DNA from: an uncultured Clostridia bacterium
Lineage (GTDB): Bacteria; Bacillota; Clostridia; TANB77; CAG-508
NCBI GenBank assembly: GCA_944391865.1
Contig: CALXVD010000003.1
Location: 6,375-70,374, forward strand
Direction: 5' to 3'
DNA: 64,000 nucleotides
The translations under genes were made by a program, and so were the position numbers. The number at the start of each line of letters is the position of its first letter. The stretch's first letter is position 1. The notes beneath the pieces are model-generated. The model saw only the letters and a program-made list of their open reading frames with translations, was not told the origin of the DNA and did no database searches. This document shows, one piece after another, positions 57,530 to 64,000 of the stretch.

Positions 57530-59911
57530 ATGAGCAAATATGTAGAATTTGAATTTTGTGAACTACCGGACACACCTTATAGCTTTAACGAAGCTAAATT
57601 TAAAGCTGGTGACCCAGAACAAATAAAATTATATAAAGATAGTAAAGTACCAAGACGTAAAAGAAAACTAACTTATGCAGACATTATGGACGAAGATAAA
57701 TTACCCAATTATGCCAGAGTTGTACCAAAGGATTGTATGTTCATAGATTTTGATAATCCAAAAGAAGCAGAAGAAATGTATGATATAATCGTACGCTCAA
57801 AATTAAAATGCTTAATATTAGAAACAACTAAAGGTTATCATTTTTTGTTTAGGGTCCCTGAGTTTTATAAAAAAGAAATGACAGGTGCCACTAACTGGTT
57901 TGGTTATAAATTTGATACTAAAGGTCCAGGTGCAGTTCAAATAATCAGAGTTTGTGGAATGACCAGAGATGAAAGATGTAGCTGGGAAATAAGTGAACTA
58001 GTTTCACCTGAAGTAATTGACGTAGAAACACTAGACGTGTTACCATATTGGTTGTGGGGTAAACTAAAAGATACTGACCTTCATAAAAAAGGAAAACCAG
58101 GAGAAAGTGAATACACTCTTACTGATACACCATTTACACAATTAATGACTATGAAAGAAGGAGGACGTCATAATCACATAGTTGAAAAGTGTAGTATGTT
58201 TGGTCTTTCAAATGGTTTTGAAATAGACGAATTTAAAAATTTGATTACTGCTATACATGACCAATACTTAGTAAAACTCGGAACACCAATGCCGGATAGT
58301 GATTTATTTGGAGATTTAGAAGATAGATGGGAAGATTATAGAGCAACACTAGAAAGTAGTGGTTGGTCATATGACGAAAAAGAAAGAAAATGGAAAAAAG
58401 CAAAATCTAAGAAAGATGATAAGTTAGATGAACGTAGAGCAGCAGAATGGCTATTCACTCAATATGATTTTTATGGTAATAACAAAAAAATAGACGGAAC
58501 CTTTGATGGTTTATTATATAAAGAGATAGGAGGTCCATACGAATATAGTAGAGATATAACTGTATTTAGAGAAACATTAAAAGAACATAGTGACCAAAAT
58601 TTCAAAGATACATTTTTTAAGGAAGTGGAGGTGCAGTTAATGCAGATGTGTGCTGAGAACAATAAAACAATAGCACGTAATGATAAATACATAATTGTTA
58701 AGAATAAAGTATTAAGCTGTATCACTCCAGATTCTTATGATTTTTCTTGGATAGGAACAAGACCTCCTACTGACGTAGTTTTACCTTGGAATTGGTATCC
58801 TGAGAGTTGGGTAGCTGAACACGAAGAAGATTTGGGTGGATTAATCACTAACTTCATTAAACAACTATCAAGAAATTCAAGAGGGATACCACAAAAAGAA
58901 GTAGAGGACTGGCTTTGGGTAATCGCTGGTGCTTCAATGATACCTGCTAATCAACTTCAAAAAATAGTAATTCTTAGTGGTGGTGGACAAAACGGTAAGT
59001 CTTTGTTTACTAGCTTAATTAGATTATGTCTAGGTGAGCATATGTTCAATGAAAGTAAAATATTCGATTCTTCACCTCACGATGGTTTTTGGGGAGAAGG
59101 TTTAGACAAAGGTATTTTATGTGTAATAGATGACTTGAACAGAGTGTATTCAAGAGATGCATTTAGCTATATAAAAGGTGCTATTACAGGAACAGATAGT
59201 GTAGTTATAAATGAAAAGTTTAAAGCTAAAAAAAGATTAGATATTTTACCACAAATAATTGCTTGTACTAATTTTGAATTTGAATTATACGATAAATCAG
59301 AAGGTATGAAACGTAGAGTATTAATACTTCCTACTGAATTTCATATAGACGATAGTATCAAAGACGGAGATTTGCAACATAAGTTAGTACTAAATACAAT
59401 GGATAAAATAAAAGTTGCAGAATACAAAATGAGTGAGGATTCATTTAATCATAAAGGTGTAAAAGTTATGAATATGTACACAGGAGAAAAAGGTGTATTA
59501 GATAGCTTGGATAACGGAAGCCTTGCGTGGTTTGCGAATAAAGCTAGATATATGTATATTCACTGGGTACTTGGTGAACTAAAAATAGATAGTAGCGAAG
59601 GTATGAAAGAACGTATGGATGGAGTATTCTCTGGTGGATTTGATGCTGAAATCACTGAATTTTTAGAGTGGTATATAAAAGAACGTGCTGAAAGTGTTTG
59701 GACAAAAGAATTATATGTAGCATATGTAGACTGGCATAATGAAATGGCAACAGGAGAAGGACTAATGAAAGAAAAGGCATTTTCTATGAAATTAGGAAAA
59801 ACTGTAAGAGCTATGCAGGACAAAGGCTATAAAGTAGAAATGAAAAAAGCAATGAATGACAAGAGAATGAGTTTAAATAAATTATTTATCGGAGATGATG
59901 TAGGTGCATAA
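57530..59911 (+). CDS. Primase-polymerase (PrimPol) fused to a D5/SF3-type helicase
   Basis: N-terminal LILETTKGYHFLFRV is a PrimPol motif. C-terminal Walker A SGGGQNGKS, Walker B ILCVIDD, and motif C. Confidence 0.7.
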   Translation: MSKYVEFEFCELPDTPYSFNEAKFKAGDPEQIKLYKDSKVPRRKRKLTYADIMDEDKLPNYARVVPKDCMFIDFDNPKEAEEMYDIIVRSKLKCLILETTKGYHFLFRVPEFYKKEMTGATNWFGYKFDTKGPGAVQIIRVCGMTRDERCSWEISELVSPEVIDVETLDVLPYWLWGKLKDTDLHKKGKPGESEYTLTDTPFTQLMTMKEGGRHNHIVEKCSMFGLSNGFEIDEFKNLITAIHDQYLVKLGTPMPDSDLFGDLEDRWEDYRATLESSGWSYDEKERKWKKAKSKKDDKLDERRAAEWLFTQYDFYGNNKKIDGTFDGLLYKEIGGPYEYSRDITVFRETLKEHSDQNFKDTFFKEVEVQLMQMCAENNKTIARNDKYIIVKNKVLSCITPDSYDFSWIGTRPPTDVVLPWNWYPESWVAEHEEDLGGLITNFIKQLSRNSRGIPQKEVEDWLWVIAGASMIPANQLQKIVILSGGGQNGKSLFTSLIRLCLGEHMFNESKIFDSSPHDGFWGEGLDKGILCVIDDLNRVYSRDAFSYIKGAITGTDSVVINEKFKAKKRLDILPQIIACTNFEFELYDKSEGMKRRVLILPTEFHIDDSIKDGDLQHKLVLNTMDKIKVAEYKMSEDSFNHKGVKVMNMYTGEKGVLDSLDNGSLAWFANKARYMYIHWVLGELKIDSSEGMKERMDGVFSGGFDAEITEFLEWYIKERAESVWTKELYVAYVDWHNEMATGEGLMKEKAFSMKLGKTVRAMQDKGYKVEMKKAMNDKRMSLNKLFIGDDVGA

Positions 59912-60158
59912 GGCTAAACATTATAAAAATAAAAAAGAAACTGATAAAGAAATCAAAGAAAGAATATTAAAACTTGCTGAATCTGGGGACTATGGTATAT
60001 TCCCTCCTCCAATGGACGCTCAAGTTGCCTTGAACGAATTGTGCAGGTTCTTTCTTGGCGACGATTGGTATACAATCACGATGAGCAATAAACAAGTAAA
60101 TACAGAAATAGTTTATGAAATCGAATCTAAATATAAAAAAGTGAACAGAAAGAGGTGA
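59904..60158 (+). CDS. Hypothetical protein (GTG start)
   Basis: 84 aa. Confidence 0.25.
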   Translation: MHKAKHYKNKKETDKEIKERILKLAESGDYGIFPPPMDAQVALNELCRFFLGDDWYTITMSNKQVNTEIVYEIESKYKKVNRKR

Positions 60159-60700
60159 GGCATATGGCTAAAAAGAAAAAAGAAGAACCTATTGACGCAG
60201 AAGATATTATAGGTACTTTCTTAAAAGGGGATAGATACGATGACGATGAAAGATACAGACAAAGTGTTGACGCCATTTATAGAAAATTAAAACCTATATG
60301 GCTTAACGAGTGTAAAGACGCAGTATGGTTATTAAAAGACGAATACGTAAGAGACGTTGCTTCAATATTATACTTAGACGACCAAATGGGTGGCAATTTA
60401 GACCCTACAAGTCTTAGTGAAGAAAGACAGAATTTATTAGGCTGGAAGCAAGTGCAAAGTTCAATTGAGAGGTATAGGGCACTTGATTATTCTTTAGTTG
60501 ATGACGAGAGTATCAAAGCCATATTATCCAGTATTATTAAGAACAAGCAAGCAAGGGACGCTGACAGGCTTAAAGCGATTGAAATGTATACTGGTATGTT
60601 TAGCACTGATAATATTGAAGGTATTACGTTTATTAATGATATAAGTAAACCAAAAGAATTTAAAAAAGAAGAAGATGAGGAGGATGAAGATGACGACTGA
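60155..60700 (+). CDS. Hypothetical protein with an acidic tail
   Basis: 181 aa. Confidence 0.3.
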   Translation: MRHMAKKKKEEPIDAEDIIGTFLKGDRYDDDERYRQSVDAIYRKLKPIWLNECKDAVWLLKDEYVRDVASILYLDDQMGGNLDPTSLSEERQNLLGWKQVQSSIERYRALDYSLVDDESIKAILSSIIKNKQARDADRLKAIEMYTGMFSTDNIEGITFINDISKPKEFKKEEDEEDEDDD

Positions 60701-61211
60701 GATTTGGAAAGATATTAAAGGATATGAAGGACTTTATCAAATTAGTAACTTAGGTAGAGTGAAATCAGCAATCAATAGAAGTAATCATAAACACGAGTTA
60801 ATTTTAAAACCAATAAAAGACCGCGACGGATACTATCGTGTTCATTTATATAAAAAATCAAAGTTAACTACATATTTTATACATAAATTGGTTGCCGAAA
60901 CATTTATACCTAATCCTGATGATTTGCCAATAGTAAACCATAAAGATGAAGATAAAACTAATAATTGCATGAATAATTTAGAATGGTGTACCGTTAGATA
61001 TAATAATAGTTATGGTAATCGACTAATAAATATATCAAAAACTTCTGGAAAACCCGTTCAATGTGTAGAAACTGGTTTAATTTATCATTCTATAAAAGAA
61101 GCTAGTAGGCAAACAGGAATTGATTATAGTTCTATTGCAAAAAATTGTAGAGGTAAAAGGAGTGTAGCAGGTAGCTATCATTGGAAATATGCAAAAAAGG
61201 AGGTGATGTAA
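60675..61211 (+). CDS. HNH homing endonuclease (NUMOD4-like N-terminus)
   Basis: EIWKDIKGYEGLYQISNLGRVKS..IHKLVAETFIPNPDDLPIVNHKDEDKTNNCMNNLEW. It is a paralog of the gene at 32483. Confidence 0.8.
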   Translation: MRRMKMTTEIWKDIKGYEGLYQISNLGRVKSAINRSNHKHELILKPIKDRDGYYRVHLYKKSKLTTYFIHKLVAETFIPNPDDLPIVNHKDEDKTNNCMNNLEWCTVRYNNSYGNRLINISKTSGKPVQCVETGLIYHSIKEASRQTGIDYSSIAKNCRGKRSVAGSYHWKYAKKEVM

Positions 61212-61212
61212 C

Positions 61213-62661
61213 ATGAAACGAGCTTTAAGTGAAATAATTCTTCCTAACTATTGGGACTTACTTGAAGATGGTATAGGTGAACAGTTAGAACAGAGTAGGA
61301 AGATGTTTTTAAGAGGAGGTCGTTTCTCTTGAATTAGGAAAAAGTTATTGGGCTGCGCATCACATTATTATTTCATTACTCTCATTAGCTTGCACTCATG
61401 TTGAACGGTGAACCTTGGGCTTGCTGTCTGGCACTAAGAAAATATAGTAACACACTTAAAACATCTGTATACGCAGAGATTGCTAATGCTATAATTAATT
61501 TAGGCGTAGAAAATAAATTTCAAATGCTTACGAACCCAATGGAAATAAGACTAAAAGGCACTAAGTCTGTAATTAAATTCGCTAACTTGAACACGGCTGA
61601 GGATTACGGAAAAGTTAAGAGTATTAAATGGCCTGGTGGCTACTGTAGATTAATATGGTTTGAAGAAGCGGACCAATTTCAATCTAAGCACGACGTTGAC
61701 CAAGTGTTATTAAGTTTGTATAGAGGTGGAGACATATTTGAAACTATATTCACGTATAATACGCCGTTTAGTCCATCACACTGGTTAAACGTAGGCTGGA
61801 ATAATGAACGAGAAATGCTTACGGATGCTGATAGTGGTGAAGTCAGAAAGAAAAGAGAAAAAGTATATTTCAAACACGTTAATTTATATGATATACCAAG
61901 AGGTATCGTCCCTGAACAGGTTTATGATATGGCTGAAGCAATGCGTGAAGAAAACTTGCAAGAGTGGAAACACGTGATTATGCGGAGAAGTGGGTGACCC
62001 TGCTACTATGGTGTTCCCAAATATTAAAGCTGTACGACCTAAGGACGTAGATTTAGAACACGACTGGTTATTAGGTTCACCAAGTAACTGGCGCTGGCTT
62101 GTTGGTATGGACTATGGTTATCGTCCTGACCCAACTGTATGTGTAGTATGTGGCTATAATAAAATCAGAAAAATCTTATGGATAGTAGATGAAACAAGAG
62201 GTATCGGCTGGAGTGAAGAAGGTATCTATATGAACGTAATGGAAATGCTTAAACGTGGTGGCGCTAGTGCTAAAGCACTATCTGGTGGAGGCGGCGGTGT
62301 TGTGAACGCAAGTAGTTTAATTAATTCCGAAATTGATAACAGAATTATAGACGGCTTACGAAGTAAGGGTTTGAACATATACCCAGTTAAAAAAGTTTCT
62401 GGTTCAAGAGATATTTCATATCAGTTTTTGACTGGAGGTTATGGTGATTTACGTGAAATCTGGATTGATAGTGAACAGTGTCCTGGAGTCTGGGCAGAAT
62501 TTATCGGAGCTGAATTCTTAAGACGTGACATTGGAGGCAAAGAAATCATTGTTCAAGAGTGGCCTACTGTTAATGACCACGGAATAGACGCTACAAGATA
62601 CGCAACACTTGACTTATGGCTAGGCAGAGCTATTACTGGGAGCAAAAGAACATTATTGTAA
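61213..62661 (+). CDS. Terminase large subunit, encoded in four consecutive +1-shifted frame segments
   Basis: The segments are 61213..61332, 61313..61411, 61389..61997 and 61978..62661. Strong RBS aaggaggtga at 61213. Walker-A-like ..LRGGR/SLELGKS, Walker B RLIWFEEADQF, nuclease domain VGMDYGY..DHGIDATRYA. Confidence 0.6.
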
Positions 62662-62663
62662 AG

Positions 62664-62692
62664 TTGACATAATTATAAAAATGTGTTATATT
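62664..62692 (+). promoter_or_regulatory. Sigma-A-like promoter
   Basis: TTGACA-N17-TATATT. Confidence 0.5.
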
Positions 62693-62734
62693 TGTTTTAT
62701 AAAATATTTATAAAATTAGGAATGAGGTTAATGT

Positions 62735-62926
62735 ATGATATATGTAAAGAAACTTTACAAAGATAAAGAAGAAGTGTTGACTTTTTCTAATAAAGAAGAT
62801 ATGAATAAATATATAAAAGAGGCAAATTTAAGAAGAGTCAAATGGTATATTTATGAAACAGAAAAAAGTTTTAAAGCAGATTTACCAGACCAACTTATAT
62901 TCAATATTAGTGTAGAATTAAAATAA
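62735..62926 (+). CDS. Hypothetical small protein
   Basis: 63 aa. Confidence 0.25.
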   Translation: MIYVKKLYKDKEEVLTFSNKEDMNKYIKEANLRRVKWYIYETEKSFKADLPDQLIFNISVELK

Positions 62927-62938
62927 AGGAGTGTATAT

Positions 62939-63259
62939 ATGATAGGTATAGGCGACTTTGACGCTAAGGCGCGTAACACAAGAAAAGTAGTAACACGCGA
63001 AGGACAAAAATTATATATGGGAAAAAAGTACGCAGTTGAACAGAAGACTGGTTATTATGTATGTACGAGCGGTTCTAGGCGTCGTTTACATGATATTATG
63101 TGGGAACATGAAAATATTGCAGGTATAAAAAACATACCAGAAGGTTATGTGATTCATCATATAGACTGGAACAAAACACACAACGAAATAAATAATTTAA
63201 CTTGTATTTCTGTATTTGGGCATAATTTAATACATAACCCACCAAAAGGACGGAAGTGA
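62939..63259 (+). CDS. HNH endonuclease (short form)
   Basis: HHIDWNKTHNEINNLTCISVFGHNLIH. Confidence 0.6.
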   Translation: MIGIGDFDAKARNTRKVVTREGQKLYMGKKYAVEQKTGYYVCTSGSRRRLHDIMWEHENIAGIKNIPEGYVIHHIDWNKTHNEINNLTCISVFGHNLIHNPPKGRK

Positions 63260-63308
63260 ATATAAAGTAAAAATTGTACCTGGAGGTGTAAGTGAAGTCA
63301 TACACATT

Positions 63309-63337
63309 TGACACTGGGAGTATATTATGATATAATT
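63309..63337 (+). promoter_or_regulatory. Consensus sigma-A promoter
   Basis: TTGACA-N17-TATAAT. Confidence 0.6.
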
Positions 63338-63366
63338 CTTTTAAATTTTAAAAAAGGAGAACTATC

Positions 63367-64000
63367 ATGAGTAGATTTGATTATGAAACAGATGAAGAAT
63401 ATCGTAGCAGACGCCGTAGAGAGTATGAAAATTGGAGAGCAAGAAAACATGAACATGAATATCAAAATGGTTTAGAATTGTTAGGTAAAAGAATACGAAT
63501 AAGTGATTTTGTAAAAGAAAAAATATTAACCGGCAGAACAAAAGTATTAATGATAGATGATAAATTAGTTTTATTTCATAAAGGGAGTACTGGGCATTGG
63601 TGCAATAGTTCTACATTTGAACACGAAATATTCTTACATAGAGAAATATTTAAGCAAAAAACAGGGCTAACCGAAGACGACTTAAAAGGTATGGAAGTTC
63701 ATCACGTAGATGGTAATAAAGATAATAATGACATAACTAATTTGAAATTATTAAGTAAAAGTGAACATGCTCGACATCATTTAATAACAACACGAATTAA
63801 AACAAAAAAGATATGTGAATGGTGTGGAGAAGAATATGAAACATATATAAGTAAAAGTCGTTTTTGTAGTAGTAAATGTGACCACAAATGGAGGTATCAT
63901 AATGAACGTAAATTACAATTGGATACTCGTATATGCAAAAATTGTGGGAAAGAATTTACCTGTAATAAATATAAACCTACTAAGTTTTGTAGTTTATCTT
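63367..64000 (+). CDS. HNH endonuclease with a C-terminal zinc ribbon, 3' partial (runs off the window)
   Basis: EVHHVDGNKDNNDITNLKLLSKSEHARHH and CEWCGEE..CSSKCDHKW..CKNCGKEF. No stop codon before nt 64000. Confidence 0.65.
   Translation, partial: MSRFDYETDEEYRSRRRREYENWRARKHEHEYQNGLELLGKRIRISDFVKEKILTGRTKVLMIDDKLVLFHKGSTGHWCNSSTFEHEIFLHREIFKQKTGLTEDDLKGMEVHHVDGNKDNNDITNLKLLSKSEHARHHLITTRIKTKKICEWCGEEYETYISKSRFCSSKCDHKWRYHNERKLQLDTRICKNCGKEFTCNKYKPTKFCSLS

Noticed and set aside
1-64000. Alternative genetic code (TGA as Trp, as in Mycoplasma or Spiroplasma phages) to explain the interrupted genes
   Set aside because: Very long ORFs are intact with standard stops: 1673, 1142, 793 and 654 aa. 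The interruptions in the terminase and the metallophosphoesterase are true frame changes, not in-frame TGA codons.
1-64000. CRISPR array, integrase or lysogeny module
   Set aside because: I found no direct-repeat/spacer array, no tyrosine or serine recombinase motifs and no CI-like repressor and anti-repressor pair. The element looks virulent or lytic within this window.

Overview
This window looks like most of the genome of a low-GC (about 30%) tailed phage of a Firmicutes host. The best clues to the host group are the GH25/SH3b-type endolysin, a phiLC3-like holin and Listeria-Bacteroides (Flg_new)-like repeats in a tail protein. The standard genetic code applies: the large genes are intact with standard stop codons.

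Layout:
- 1..31.2 kb (+ strand): a structural and lysis block. It holds the 3' part of a portal gene, a holin/endolysin pair, dUTPase, fibre-like proteins, several membrane proteins, an intron-split Gly/Cys-rich gene, the major capsid gene, tail genes (G/GT chaperone, a 1673-aa tape-measure protein, a 1142-aa repeat-rich tail fibre) and an HNH gene.
- 31.3..54.5 kb (- strand): an early/replication block. It holds a Sak4-like ATPase with a DUF669 partner, three tRNAs, an Rnl2-family RNA ligase plus a HAD phosphatase, an SPFH protein, a metallophosphoesterase, a VRR-NUC nuclease, an SF2 helicase, a ParB-like protein, a family-B DNA polymerase and a sigma-like protein.
- 54.5 kb: a divergent promoter region.
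- 54.9..64 kb (+ strand): a PD-(D/E)xK nuclease, a DNA methyltransferase, a PrimPol-SF3 primase-helicase, HNH genes and the large terminase.

The window is dense in selfish elements. I count at least eight HNH nucleases, a group I intron, and an intein in the methyltransferase whose HNH endonuclease is encoded out of frame inside the intein.

Other noteworthy points: the large terminase is broken into four successive +1-frame segments, and the metallophosphoesterase and the tail chaperone also need +1 shifts. A 17-codon Trp/Phe-rich micro-ORF with a strong RBS sits between two polytopic membrane proteins. A 340-nt GC-enriched non-coding stretch lies beside the tRNAs. The RNA-ligase/phosphatase/tRNA neighbourhood looks like an RNA-repair module.

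All calls rest on reading motifs by eye; no database search was possible.
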